A stretch of DNA of 63,916 nt, the filler included, from Hyphochytrium catenoides (Eukaryota > Protista > Hyphochytriomycota), in assembly GCA_900088475.1 (NCBI GenBank). It is 13 parts of 13 records of this genome, joined end to end, with 100 filler letters (N's around TTAATTAATTAA, not from the genome) between each part and the next. Parts side by side here need not be neighbours in the genome. Positions count along the whole stretch, not along the records: positions 6,886 to 18,359 come from FLMG01002463.1; positions 18,460 to 34,203 come from FLMG01003353.1; 11 more parts are not named here. One strand, 5' to 3'. A program made the translations under genes and the position numbers. Positions 10,701-24,594 of this stretch are shown piece after piece (positions within the stretch are counted from its first letter, which is position 1; each line of letters opens with the position of its first letter). A model generated the notes under the pieces. It had not been told where the DNA came from and did no database searches. It was given only the letters and a program-made list of their open reading frames with translations.

Positions 10701-13700
10701 TTCCGTTCCTTCTTCCCTGGCATTTGACCTTCACATTCTTCTCCCATGGTGCGTCCTCTCTCCTTGCGTCAGGTCCACCTCCCTGTTTAACTACATCCTC
10801 TGTGTATGTATCTGTCCACCTCGCGCCTGTGTGGCTGCTGATCGTCTATAACACTTACGTTTGACCTTGATGGCCTCCGCCTCTACCTCCTGAAGCGCTG
10901 CGTCTCTGAGCTTCTGATGAAACTTTGCTTTCAGCTCCTTTAGTTCCTCTTCCGCCACTACCAGCCGCCGCGAAGCCTCGGCATTTTCCTAAGACAACAG
11001 ATCCCGCAATAACGATATCAGAAGACAGTCTTGGCCAATGCAAGAAGAAAAGGGAAGACAAATGTAAAAGGACCGAGAACACTGAGGAACAGTCAAAGCG
11101 CAAGATCTATTGAAAAGGTAACTTGTATTCGACGGTTAGAGCAAAACAGAGGCGCTGCTATAGACACATATAGGGGAAGATAGTGGTGACGAGGTAGAAG
11201 GGAGGAGAGATACGCTAGGTTCTGCTTACTCGCTCCTGGCTTTCTAGGAGTTGGAGCAGCTGCTCATTCTGCTTGGTGCTAACTTCCATTGCCTTCTCGG
11301 TTCCATCTGCGGTCCAAGCAGCACAGCAGAGATCAGACTCTTGACAACTCGTTCCTTCTTATTCTCCCTACTACTCCTCCTTTCTCCTTTTTCTATTTTA
11401 TCTACTTTCTATCTAACTTTTCCTCATCGCGTCTCTCTTTGTCCCTATCTCTCTTCTATAGGTGATCCTTAGTGTCTCGTCCAACGATCATCCCTTCTCT
11501 CCCTACGTACCGACTTGCTTTGCAACTTGTTTCACCTTCTTGAGTTCCAGTTCCAGCTGTTCTATCCTCTTGGAGCGCGCATGTAATTCTGCGTCTTTCC
11601 TCAGAGCTTCCTCTTGCAACGTGAGAACCTGTCATTGCAAGAGGGAACGTAAGGTGGCCGACGGAAGGTCAGCCACAGCTCCGATAATAGACAGAAGAAG
11701 GCTGTGTCTTTGGACGTCTGTGAATGTGTCCGCAAGGTAGTGAGAAGTTGGGGAAGGTCGACGGAAGGAGAGGAAGAAAGCCACAGACACAGAGAAGCCT
11801 AAGTAAAATGGCTCTCCAGAGAGACAGAGCCATGGCTTTACTCTTGGCTGGCCCTTATTCTATGATGCATCTGATGCTAACTCTCACCTCTTTCTCCACT
11901 TGATCCAGCTGACTACTCAGCCGGTCAGCTTGGCCAGAAAGAAGCCAAATCTCCTTTGTCTTAGCCTCCAGCGCCTCATCCCTAAGGTTGATCAGGGAGT
12001 TTTCGGAGAAAGAGCGAGGGGATATTGAGACATCCACTCTCTCAGGGTAGCGGACCGCAAGCTCGGCTCGTAGTTCCTTGATCTCCTCCTGATGCAAGAA
12101 AAAAATTGAGATAAATTTGCGGTGAGGACAGGCGTGCCGGGAAGGGAGGACACAGCGATCAGTAGAATATGGATGAGCCAAGGAGCGTGCAGAGGAGCTA
12201 AGACTGGGCGGAAGGAGAAAGAGAGGAGAAAGAGAGAGAGAGAGAGAGNNNNNNNNNNNNNNNNNNNNNNNNNNNNNNNNNNNNNNNNNNNNNNNNNNNN
12301 NNNTATCCTCACCTCTTTCTGTCGAACAATCTCCTGCTGCGCCTGCACATCCTTCTGAATGTTGGCTACAGTCTCATTATGGGCATCTAGCGCCTCTCTA
12401 GCCTCGCCCATAGCCATGGAGAGCAGCTCAAACTCCTCGTCTCTCTTCTTCAACTGAGTCAGAGAAGACTCCCTTTCCAATGAGGAAATACGGATTGCGT
12501 CTTCCTTTCTTCCTAACTCCTCACGCTAAGGGATACGAAGAGACGGGGAACGGCGACGCTTAGGCAATCAGCAGAGGTAACAGGTTTCAGTTCTAGGACG
12601 AAATTTGCCGAGAGAGAGATGGAAAGCAAGGTGGAAGTGCCTTCAGTAAATGGGGAAGGGGAACAGGCACGCCAAAGCTAACAACGTGCACAGACCCAGA
12701 ATCCAAGGAGAAATGATAGAAACTAAGAAAGAACGAGAACGAGAGATTAGAATGTCTGGCAGTCAATGAGAGAGACTGAGAAAAAGAGAGAGAGGATGTC
12801 AAGTTACCACCAAAAGATATCTAAGGCAAACTGAGAATAGAAGATGGGCCCATCCTTCCCCGACCTACCAGCTGAACGGTGTATCCTTCAAGTTCGATTA
12901 GTCTCTTTGAGGCTTCCTCATGAGCCTTGTCTCTCTCTTCCCTGCCTTTGACTTCTCTTTCTAGAGCCCTGCATCTCTCCTCGTATGAGGCAGCAAGCTG
13001 CTCCAGAGACCCAATCCGCTCCAGAAGCTTTGCAGCTTCGCCAGCTGGCGGATCCAAGCCCGCCCTTGTCTCCTAAAGGCCCGAGGCATCGAAACGAAGA
13101 GAGAAATGGGGACATACCGCGCGTGAGTGAGAAAGATAGGAAGGGAGAGACAGAGAAATGCATTTAGTCTGAGTGTTGGAGAGCAGAGAAGAATACCATG
13201 TGAGTGAGATAGTTGCACCGCCTCACAGAGTAACAAGAAAGAGTATAGGAGAGAACAAAGTCTTCTTCTCTTTCATTGCCTACCTGGAGTTCTTCCCCTG
13301 GCTCCACGCTAACCAGGGCTCCTTCCTCGTTCTCTGCTGGTGACTGCTCTGTAGAGACGGGAGGAGGAGGGCGGACCCCTGGGGGCAATGGGGCGAGAGA
13401 AGAAGGAAAGGATGCCGGGGGCCTTACGCCCGGAGGTAGAGCGTTGGTCGGAGGATGAGATGGAGGCCGAACTCCCGGAGGAAGAGGGTCAGGGGAGGAG
13501 GGAGGAGGCCGAACACCAGGTGGTAGACGTGAGGGAGAAGCTCCTGGCGGGCGCACAAATTGAGGAGAGGCCTCAGGAGGACGCACTCCTGGCGGAAGAG
13601 TAGAGGGAAAGAGAGACGAGAGAAGGGGAGGTGCTAATCTTTCTCCTCGACCTTCTCCTTCGACGTTTGCACCCGACACAGCTAACTCCTCCTCCTGAAG

Positions 13701-14153
13701 ATCGCTTGTTCCAGGTGAAAGAGGCAGTCTAAAGCCTGGTCCGAGAGATGAACTATGAGCGACACCATCAGCTTGGGACGCCCCAACTCCAGCGGAAGGG
13801 TAGGAAGAAGTTGAAGAAGCGACGGCTGCGGCAGAGAGAGAAGAAGGCAGAAGAGATGTGGGAGGGTGGACGCCAGGCGGAGGAGCCAGGCTGATCTCTC
13901 CTCCTTGCAAGAGACTGGCGGAACCTGCCAGAAGTGCAGTAAGGTCAAGAGCGGGCAGAGAGCGATGGGAAGAAGTGGAAGGGCTGGGAGGAATGACAGT
14001 TGGGAAGATGTCATCGGAGAGGCTCTCTCTATCCGTGTCTCCTCCTCCTCCCTTCCGCTCCTCAGCAGGGCTGCGTTCTCCCTCTCCTCTATCTATTCTG
14101 ATAACGCCATGCGTCTGTCCTCCCGACCCTTCTCCCCCACTAGCAATCTCCAT
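7783..14153 (-). CDS. Large multi-exon protein: N-terminal Ser/Pro-rich region with LPPGVRPP repeats, long coiled coil, C-terminal RI-like leucine-rich repeats
   Basis: A series of GT-AG-bounded coiled-coil exons runs from about 13070 to 8960. LRR motifs are ISLADCFLRDGDMKTL, ELDLRANYIT and NVDLRNNQIGADGVRTLAE. The last exon ends ...SQRLPQI* at 7783. The start at 14153 (MEIASGG) is inferred. Confidence 0.75.
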
Positions 14154-14550
14154 CGCTAAGCCGACGCGCCGACCCGCCTCGCGGGTAAAGGGTTCAGGCC
14201 TTCTTATATCAAGACTATCAACCAGGGGCCATTGTGCAGGCTGGATGGCTTTAGGGATTGAGAAAAACGTCAGCGATGAAGACACTGACGATAATCAAGA
14301 GAGCAAGAATGCGGGCGATGGCCTTTAGAGCCTGACAGGGAAGTGACGAGAGCTTGACCGGACCTCAGCGGTGGTCCCAGAAACAGCCTCAGTCCCAGGC
14401 TCATCAGCTCCGGACGCAAGCCGTACAGCTAACTGTGAATCATACAGCGCGACCAGAAGCAGAAGAAGCGAAAGGTAACAGGAGCCAAGGAGAGCTAGCT
14501 AGAAACAGAGAGAGGGAGTGTCAGGGAGAAAGCGGGAGAGAGAGAAAGAA

Positions 14551-14585
<35 letters not shown>

Positions 14586-15083
14586 AAGAGAGAGGAGAAA
14601 GAGCAGGAGGAGGAAAGGTTGACGAAGACTTTGCAAGCCGTTTTTGCCATAAGTCTGACATCCTTTCGGGTGGACAGATCCAGCATCCGTTGCATTTTAT
14701 CTCATATCAGGCTGTTTATATTCCTCACAGTAACCGGGGTGTTACATTTACTATGGGAATTCTACCTTCTGCATCTCAAGTAGCGCTTAGTTACTAATTC
14801 CCATGATGGAGCTTCTCTTGCTTGTCATACGAGTAGGAGATGTGGATCTCTCTCTCTGAAGCTGCGGAGAGAGCGGCGACAGGAGCTTGCTTCCCTCTCC
14901 TCAGGCGGCCCATTGGCCTAGAACTCTCTTCTCCTTGCCGCCGCTAGCACTGTCAGTCATCCCTCCGTCCTTTGCTTTTCATAAGTATGACTCGCTAATA
15001 CACTGTCTTTCCCTTACTCTATGTCGCTCAAGTGCGGTCCCTCGTCTCCCCTTCTATCCTGCAAATGTAGAGGAGTGTCGGCC

Positions 15084-17160
15084 TTAGATCTTGACGGATC
15101 CAAAGCGATCTGTTACCTCCTCCACAGTCTCATCCTCTTCTGGCTGCTTGCCCTGTTGTCTCCTACAACGTGTTCTATGTCAATGAGCGAAGTAACATGA
15201 AGCCGATGGGGATGAAAATGGCAAGTATACCTTTACTGGAAAGAGGTTTAGAGGAAGAGAGAGAGGCTACACGAGAGATAAAGTGTCTCGAGAAACGTGG
15301 TACATAGGATGTTATAGGACATATGGTGCGACGTACCTCCCCCTCCGCGTCCGCTTCTCCCGTTGCTTCCTATGCGTTGTAGTCGTATCCTTTGTTTTCA
15401 TCTTAGCCTTGCCATCTCGAATGTCTGAGGGCAATGCATGGGTACGGTCAAAGGTTGATGAGAACGAGTCGCACTTTGTCCGCGAGGCACATCAATAGGC
15501 TGCGAGGCATATCCGTCGCTTGCAAGCAAATGCTCAACATCAAAGAAAGATATGTATAAGGGTGAGAAAGCTCGCATGATAGCAGTGGCTTACTCCACTT
15601 TACCTGCAGTGACTCGCTCCACGGCCTCATCATAGCTATCGCTCTCTTCCAACACCACTCGTAGGTACTCCCAGTCCACTTCCGGGAAGGAATCTTTAAG
15701 CCATTCTAGCTCCTCAACCGACAGCGGCCGCTGGAGAAAGGTGATGCCAGCCAAAGTGCGATAAGATGCAGAAGGAGGGTTGGTCAGGGACAGGACTAGG
15801 AGGCAGACACAATAGCAGAGGTCAGAAGGAGAGGTAGGTTCCTACGACACCACAAAAGCAACCAGACCACAAGGGTAGGACAAATGAACAAGTGGGCGCC
15901 ATCCGTCATGGAAACCCGAAGAACCAGTGGTCACGCGATTATTAAATGCGTAGATTAAGGGAGAGAAAGGGGGAGCGCACCATACTGGGGCGACCGAGAA
16001 GGACCAGGAAGGAGCAACAAGCATAAAGTCAGTGTGTCGTCTCACGTTGGATGGTGTGAAGCTAATAGGTAGTGGGACTCCCTCGGCTTGGTCTTCAAGA
16101 GCCCTTACGCTGTCATAATGCTCGCTCCCGTCGTACCCGAGATGGATCGTCATCGAGCGCTTTGAAGCGCCCTGGATCTCCATTCGGGGGCCATTGAGCT
16201 GTAAGTCATGAAAATCCAAGTTAGATCATCACCAGGATCGCAAGATACGCGTCATGAAAGGGCCTTGGAAGCGTCTATCATGGTAGGGAAATTACCAAGG
16301 AAAGGGGAGATTAGCACAGAGAGGCAGCCAAATAGAAACAGAGTGGAGAGACATACAATGAGACGAGCTTCAATTAGAAGGGACACATGTATTGAACAGG
16401 TAGTGCACCCTCGGGCTCATTCTTGAGTAGAACAGCAGGGGCAGTCAGACAGTGACGTTGCTTTATCTGAGCACCGCTGGTAGAGGTGCGCAGATTCATG
16501 CAGAGATATAAAGCAGAGGGGACCTGGTGGATGGTAATGTTCACTTTGTACCTCCTAGCCGCTGCGCAGAGCTCCTGATTCCCACCCCAGGTCCCGGCCT
16601 TGCGCAGTCTCGCACAGTACTGCCGGCATTCCATGATTCAGTAAGAGCACATGCACAGCAAACAGAGTTTGAGCAGTGAGTGAACGGGACAGAACTCAAG
16701 GGAGGTGAAGGTACACCTGAGACTGCTGGTAGAAAGAGAGAAAGAAGGAATAAGACATCTTTCTTCTACATAAGGATAGAAGAGCAGAATGGAGTGAGGC
16801 TGTCCTACCGCTTCAAACTTCTCATCATCTTCCATGAAAGGCTCGAAGTCGTCGCGGTGCTCTTCCATGAAGTTGACCACCTCCTAAAGCGAACAGCATT
16901 TGACAGTGAGAACCGCTGAACGTGCAGAACAGAGCCAATGCTTTTCATGGCTCGGACAGAAGAGTGGCCGAAGAGGTAGCGGACAGTAGCCACACAGCAG
17001 AAAGGTCATAGGCGTTAGTGAGAAAAGATAGCCAAAAACTGATGATCTATAAGACTGTTATGGGAGCGATTCATCCCTTCCTTGTCGTATAGTGCCAGAG
17101 AGAGAGAGAGAGAGGAAAAGAGGGAGCGAGCCAGAGAAAACGAAGAGAAAAAGAGCGGGC

Positions 17161-17206
<46 letters not shown>

Positions 17207-17874
17207 GCAACGAGGGAGCGGAAAGAGGTTCAGTAGAGAGCAAACAGAAGGAAGGTACCTCTCGGATCCGAAGGTGCTCGCTTGGCTTGCCAGTGAGCTG
17301 GTCAGAGAGAGCTCTGGCCTCAGAGACAAGGCGAGGTTGTGAGCCGCAAAGCAAGCCAAGTTCAGAGAGGGAAAGAGGGAGAGACAGAGCAAACGTAGGC
17401 CCAGATAGGGAGCGATGAAGAAAGAGGCAAGCGGACTAATGCTCTGGCTCACCGAAAGAGGCAGTTGCCATCTGCTTGAACCTCCTGCAGAGTAAAAAAG
17501 CATCTCATGAGCTGGCTTTGCCACACCCAGACGGCGCTCCCCTAACCAACCTCCTCACGGCTCGAAGGCCCTCCTTACCTTCAGCTTGCAGCCCAGCGGC
17601 CGCAGCTGCGCATTGAGAGCCTTGGCGGGGTCAGCATCCGCCTCCTAGGAGAGCGGGATAGACCGTCAGGAGAAGAGGAACGGGGAGAAGGAAGAAAGAC
17701 AGAGAGAAGGCGACGAGGATGACCTAGGACAGGCAGTCTCTTTACCTTCTTCTTCTTCTCTCTCTCCTTCTTAAGGTTCTCCCGCTTTGCTCTCTCATCC
17801 TTCTTCTTGTCCACCGCGCCTTTGGCAGCTTCGCTCTTGGCGAGGCGCCGCGCGTTCTTGGAAGGCTTCGTCAT
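15084..17874 (-). CDS. OTU-family deubiquitinase, OTUD3-like, with a C-terminal CUE/UBA-like segment (about 10 exons)
   Basis: The spliced product contains EVQADGNCLFR|ALSDQL (catalytic D/C), FMEEHRDDFEPF, GTWGGNQELCAAAR and IHLGYDGSEHYDSVR (catalytic H). It continues LEWLKDSFPEVDWEYLRVVLEES and ends DRFGSVKI*. All junctions checked are GT-AG and in phase. Confidence 0.9.
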
Positions 17875-17964
17875 GCCGAGTCCCACGGGCGAGAGTGGGC
17901 TGGCGGTTCAGCTTGTACGAGTTGGAGAGACTCTCCTGCAATCTTGAAAGCAGAAGACAGAGAC

Positions 17965-18007
<43 letters not shown>

Positions 18008-18327
18008 GAGAGAGAGAGTAGCCCGAGACTGGAGAAAGAACATCAATGAGAGAGACAGAGCGAGAAAAGATGAGAGATGATAGGGCAGGCAATTGAGAGC
18101 AGGAAGGGGGGAAGAGAGCAAGCGAACAGAAGAGAGAGAGAGAGAAAAGAGAGCGGACTCAGGCAGAACTGCCTCTGTGGGTTGTACAAATGAGGCAAAG
18201 CCGGCTAATCTTTGGCTAATTAAGAAGGATATGACTGTAAATTAAGCGACGGAGGCGGAACATTGTCAGATCAGACTTGCAGTTCAGCCTTGAGAAGATG
18301 GCACTTGGAAGCTTTCTTACTCTCTCT

Positions 18328-18359
<32 letters not shown>

Positions 18360-18465
18360 NNNNNNNNNNNNNNNNNNNNNNNNNNNNNNNNNNNNNNNNN
18401 NNNTTAATTAATTAANNNNNNNNNNNNNNNNNNNNNNNNNNNNNNNNNNNNNNNNNNNNATGAGA

Positions 18466-18515
<50 letters not shown>

Positions 18516-18825
18516 GAGAGAGAAGAGAGAGAAAAAGAGAGAGAAGGAAAAAGAGCAAAGAGATAACAGTTCCAGACAGAGAGAGAAAGTATTAGTGAGA
18601 AGCTGTTATTGTTGAAAGGAAGAAAGAAAGGAGACCTAGTGAGGGGCGAGCTTGCATCTTGCTAAGAAGAGGAAACAAGAGTAAATAAGGAGAGAGAAGG
18701 AATGTGCTATCGGCTCAATGAAGGAGAGAGAGAAGAGCCGGTAGAATAAGTTATGAAGACTTAAGAGGAAGCGGAGGGGTTAGACAGCTCGACAGCTATA
18801 CTGACAGGAAGATCTTTTCGTCGTT

Positions 18826-18868
<43 letters not shown>

Positions 18869-18928
18869 CGCATCTAATAACAATCCTCATCTCTCACGCT
18901 CTGTCTCTCTCGCTGTCTGACATGTTAC

Positions 18929-19660
18929 CTTGATGTCCCGCACGAGACCCGGCTCCCCGCTGTGAATTCCTTTCTTTCCCGAGATGGCCAAGTCCTGGGC
19001 CCGGAGCATTGCCTCGTGGTCCTAAAGACGAAGAGAAGATGACCTCAATCTCTCTCGGCCTTCTCCCTTTCTCCTCTTTGGCTCTCTCTCTCTTTTTGAA
19101 GTCCTTCTCTCCCTCTCTCTGCCCCCAGTCTATTCCTTCCTCTCTGTCTTCAAATCTCTCTCCTTTCAAGGTTTCTCTCTTCCTCTCCCCTCCCCGGTCA
19201 ACTTCTTTGGCAGCAGATTCCCCTCATTTCCTGCCTTCTTCTTTTTTCGCTCTCACTTAGCCCTCATAATCTTCTCTTTCTTCTCCATCTCCTCTCTCTT
19301 TCTCCTTTTGCCTTCTCTCTCTCCCTCTCTTCGCTTCTTTCTCTCTGGCCACAGGTTGATAGCTCACCTGAGAAACCTGTCCTCTACTCTCTTCCGCACT
19401 TTTCACTCTCGCCCATCCATTCTCTGCCATCAGCACACAGACATTCTCTCCCGAGGGAAGAAAGACAGCGCCGAAGCTTCTTCCGATGGCTTCGACCTTG
19501 TACTCGACCTTGAAGGAGACAGGCTTTCCAATCACTAACTTCCTGAGAAACTCCCGACTCTCCCAAGCAAATGGCTGGAGAGAGAGAGAGAGAGAGAGAG
19601 AGAGNNNNNNNNNNNNNNNNNNNNNNNNNNNNNNNNNNNNNNNNNNNNNNNNNNNNNNNN

Positions 19661-19696
<36 letters not shown>

Positions 19697-19845
19697 GAAA
19701 AGAGAGGAAAAGAGAGGGAGATGAAGAGAGAAGGAGAGGAAGAAGAAGATAGAAGAAGGCGAGAGAAGAGAGAGAAATAGTAAGCTGTGAGGCCTATGTA
19801 AAGATCAACATGGAGGGTGAGGCTGGCCGTTTGGAAGTAAAAGAG

Positions 19846-19880
<35 letters not shown>

Positions 19881-20287
19881 AGATTGGTAGAACTGGTAGG
19901 GAGGCCGGGACACCACACGACGGGAAAAGGTAGAGACAGAGAGGGAGAGAGCTGGAACGGAGGACATATTACAAGGTGATATATCGGGTGCACAAGAGAG
20001 GGAGAGAGAGAGAGTGCTAGGGAGCAAGTCAACATCTCCTCGTGTCTTTCTCTCTCTCTCACTGTGTACGCTTCTCAATTCTCTTGGTGCCCCCTCACTC
20101 TCTCTCTCCTTTCCATCCATCTTTCTCTACCTCGTCAGTGGCCTCAGGAGAGCGGGCAAGCTTGGGTGCCACGAGAGAGGAAAGTGTGAGCTGCATCTCT
20201 GGCGGTGGCCCGTTGGTGGCGCTCCCCATTAGGACAAGAGTGTCTCCGGAGAGAACCGCCTTGACTGTCGCCTTTCCTGCAATTGTG

Positions 20288-20342
<55 letters not shown>

Positions 20343-20624
20343 GGGTGAGACAGAGCAGGAAGAAAGAAAGATGAGAACGGGAGAGAGAGAAACAGAGAGA
20401 GAGAGACTAGAGAAAAGAGAAAGGCTACAAAATGCGATAGGGCGATGAGAAGGGCCAGAGGAATAGAGGAAAGTGGGCTCTATTCATGGACACACATGAA
20501 TGGAGAGAGAGAGAGGAATATAAAGAGAAAGTGGGAGCAGATCAGGCGCTGATATGCTGGCAAGGAAAGAGAACCGCCGAAAGGAGGAAGAGGAAAGAGA
20601 GAGGGAGAGCGTACCAGATGCCAT
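18929..20624 (-). CDS. SND1: Staphylococcal nuclease domain-containing protein 1 (Tudor-SN), 5' part; exons 20624-20615, 20276-20131, 19574-19368, 19021-18929; truncated by contig end
   Basis: MASGKATVKAVLSGDTLVL...PPPEMQLTLSSLVAPKLAR...DE|PFAWESREFLRKLVIGKPVSFKVEY...GWARVK...AISGKKGIH, the first SN domain signature. Confidence 0.92.
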
Positions 20625-20788
20625 GCTTCTTTCTTATCAGCAGGAATGGGTTAACTCTTCCTTAGCAGGGGAAGAAGTGGATTTCAGAGCTCTGACAGTC
20701 AGCGATCTGCCTTTCTATGAATAATAATAACTGCGGAGACAGAGTTTGCCCAGAGGAGGAGCAGAGAAGGGAGACCAGAGGTCCAACG

Positions 20789-20826
<38 letters not shown>

Positions 20827-20987
20827 ACCGGAGATAGAGGAGGAACATGAGAAAGGAGAAAGAATGCACTAGGAAGAGGAGGATTGGTGAGAAAGAGAGA
20901 GATGGAGAGAGGAAGCGAGACAAAGAGAGAGAGAGAGGAGAGAGACAGAGAGAGAGACAAGAGAGAGAGAGAGAGAGAGAGAGAAGG

Positions 20988-21040
<53 letters not shown>

Positions 21041-21922
21041 GCGAAAGAAAAGGGAGATGCGAACGAAGCTCACACTTTCTTCAAGCGGGCCATCAAGTCT
21101 TCAGGTGGATCCTCCTTTCTCCAGCGCACATTTATTCTCCAACATGTGCCCCATTATCCCTGATAAAGCAGTACGTTTACTCCTCTGTCCCGAATAAATA
21201 AAGTAATCTTTTGGCACCTATATAGCCGTTAGCGGACCTAGCAAGTTACTGATCTCCTCAAAGCTGATTCTCGGAGAATTTTGCTGGTTTTCTTTCCTTT
21301 TTGGCTGAATATCTACCGCTTAAAGTCCGAGATTAGCTATTTTAGGCAGCGTTAGGGAAAATTGTGTGCACAGAGTGTAACGACTCCTCTCTCCAGCAGA
21401 TTGACAGAGTGGAGAGAGAGGCAGACAGAGAGACGAGAGAGACAGCCAGAGAGAGAGACATACACATACACAAAAAAGAGAGAGAGAGGAGAGAGAGGGA
21501 GACAGAGAGAAGAGAGACAGAGAGAGACACAGAGAGAGAGAGACAGAGAGACACAAACAGAGAAAGAGACACAGAGAAAGAGACAGACAGAGAGAGAAGA
21601 GTGAGAAAGAATGAGGAGATGGATTTGGGAGATACAAAAGAGAGGACAGAGACAAGGAGAGACAGAGGGGAAAGAAGGCAATGAGAGCCAAAAGGCGAAA
21701 GGAGGGGGCGGCAAATAAAGAGAGAACCAGAGCGAGAAGAAGAGAGAGAGGGAAAGAGAGAAAGAGCAAAAGAGAGATAATGAGAGGAAGAGCAAAGAGA
21801 TATAAGACAGAGAGAGCAGCAGGGATGATGAAGAAGAGCTTGGGATCAAGGGGCGAGGCTGACAGACAGAGGAAGAGTGGATGCAGAAGAAGGATGAAGG
21901 TCATCAAAGAAGAGAGAGAGAG

Positions 21923-21960
<38 letters not shown>

Positions 21961-22437
21961 ATTACTAAGATAAAATAAGGGAGCCTAGATTGGGACATCT
22001 GAGGGAGAGGAAAGGGGCTTGCAAAAAGCAGAGAGGAGAAAGTTGTCCAGACGATTGAGCGCCAGACCCAGAGACGAAGATAAAAGAAGAACTTCTCCTT
22101 TTTATAAAAGCACAGGGCAGCGAGGACTTTCACTCTGCTGGCGCAAGAGAGAAAAAGAGAAAGAGAGAGAGAGCAGACAAACGCGACAAGCACTTCCAAG
22201 GGCCACCCAACAGAGAAGAGAGAGAGACACGACTGCTTTCCTTGATCACCAACAGGATGGACGGAAACCCTAGCGGCGCACCCGTTCGCAGCCATTCATA
22301 GACTCTCTCTCTCTTCCTGTCTCTTTTCCGGGAAGTGACAGCCACAGCAGCTCTCTCTCTCTCCCTCTCCTGCTCCCTTCTTCTCTCTCCTCGTTAACAG
22401 ACGCAGCCTCTTTCTTGGCCTCTCTTTTTCCTGAAAA

Positions 22438-23030
22438 ATGAGTCGCCAGTCCAGAGCTTACGACGCTGTCTTCGGTAAATATTTGCTGCCATTATAAGCT
22501 CTCTCCTTCTCTCTCTCTCTTTCCGTTTTTTCCTGTTGTGTCGCTTACGATCTACTTTCTCTCTCTTCCTCCTTTGATTCTCTCTTCTGCCTCTCTTTCT
22601 CTTCGCCGTCGTATGTCTCTCATTGCCTCCATTTCTCCTTTATCTCTCGCTCGGTCGCTATCTCCACTTTCTTCTCTCTATCTCTTTCTCTCTCTTTCTC
22701 TCTCCCTCTCCCTCCCCTACTCTCTCTCTCCCTCCTTCTCTCTCTCTCCCTCCTTCTCTCTCTCTCTCCCTCTCTGTCTGGCAGACCCGGTCTACACCGC
22801 TAGTTCCAGTAAGACAATGGGCAGGTCGATGGCCTCTGTGGTCCCTGCAGGCGGCGAGGTCCTGGGCGGGCAGCGGTACAAATACTTCGACAGGCCAGTC
22901 ATTCCCCAGATGGAGGCAGTGCCACCAGAAATGTAAGCACTGGATGGCCATCCATCTCTTCTCCGTCTCTCTCTCTCTTTCTCTCGCTCTCTCTCGCTCT
23001 CTCTCGCTCTCTCGCTCTCTCTCGCTCTCG

Positions 23031-23071
<41 letters not shown>

Positions 23072-23318
23072 TCTCTCCCCCTCTCTCTCTCTCCCCTCTC
23101 TCTCTCGTGCGGCAGTCTAGTGGTCTTCTTCCTTTCTGTAAACTGTTCATGGGTCTCTGTCTCTCGACCCTCACTCTTCAGCTTCTCTCTCTCTTGTCCT
23201 CTTCTCTCCTCTCTAAATCTCTCTCCCAGTCTTCTATCTCTTATTCTGTCTTTATGGGACTAGACGTCACTCACAGTCCTTTCTCCATCCTCGTACACAC
23301 GGGCCTAACTCTGACACA

Positions 23319-23371
<53 letters not shown>

Positions 23372-24360
23372 CCTCGCTTACCTTCTCTCTCCCTCGGTCT
23401 TCCTTCATCTCATCACTTCCTAGTATCCTCGCGCCCACAGGTGTGTCTGTTCCTTCCCATCAACCCGTTGAGCAAGAAGGAGGAACTCGAGATGCGGAGG
23501 TGCAGACAAAGTACCGAGAGAGCGATGTGCAGACCGATCCTTACTCTCCAGAGTTTATCCTTAAAGATCCAGAGCATCCTCCTGAGATCTTGGGACTTCA
23601 AAATCTCACCTTCGGTCAGTCTGCAAAAGCTTCGTCCGCAATCTCCACTCTCTGCGTACATCTGTCTGCAGCTCAGCCCGCAAAAGATTTCTCCAAAAGA
23701 ATCCATCTGCAAAAACTTATCTACAAATATCTGTCTGCAAAACTTTGTCTGCAAAACTCTGTCTGCAGAAATCTGCACGATTTTGTCTGCAAACTCTGTC
23801 TGTGAAGCTCTGTCTTCAACTGTCTTTTCCTTCAAGTCCGGAACTATCTGCAGAACGTAAATGTCCCTGACTTTTGGGGTCTTTTCCTTTTTGAGTCATT
23901 ATCTCTTTCTGTCAGAAAGGAAGAGGGGAAAGGGAAGGGAAGTAAGAGATCTAGTCATGTCTTTCATCGCTGTCTACGTCCCTGCCATCTTGGCAGTTTG
24001 TCTTCTCTCCTTAAGCAGTTTCTGACGTACTGAGTCTCTCTTTCTCTCCTCGCCCGTCGTACGGTTTGGCCTTTTCTCTCCTCTCTCTCTCTGCCTCTGC
24101 TCTCTGTGCTGCGGTGCTTCTCGCTTCCCGTCTTCGTCTCTCAGGAAATGGTCTGCCAGCTGGGCTTCGAGAAATTGAACAGATAGAGAGGATTAGGGAG
24201 AAGGTGGCGTGGGAAGCTTCTCTTCCTCCTGCAACGGATGAAGCTTCCTTCGAACTCAGGAAAAAGATGTTGACAGAGCAGGAACTGAGGTATGTAAGCA
24301 TCAAAGAGGGGCTATAATGGGCAGAAGATGTAGCAGAGAGAGAGAGGAAGAGAGAGAGAC

Positions 24361-24445
<85 letters not shown>

Positions 24446-24556
24446 GAGTGATAAGGTTTTTGGGTTTTGTCGAGCATTTCCTCCTTTTCTCTCTCTCTCT
24501 CCCTCTACCTACCCTCGCTCTATGTAGTGGTTATCCATCTATCGTCTATCCTATCT

Positions 24557-24594
<38 letters not shown>

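Noticed and set aside
20700-22345. Possible small gene between the divergent SND1 and CFAP91 genes
   Set aside because: I could not build an in-phase exon chain or find a recognisable motif.
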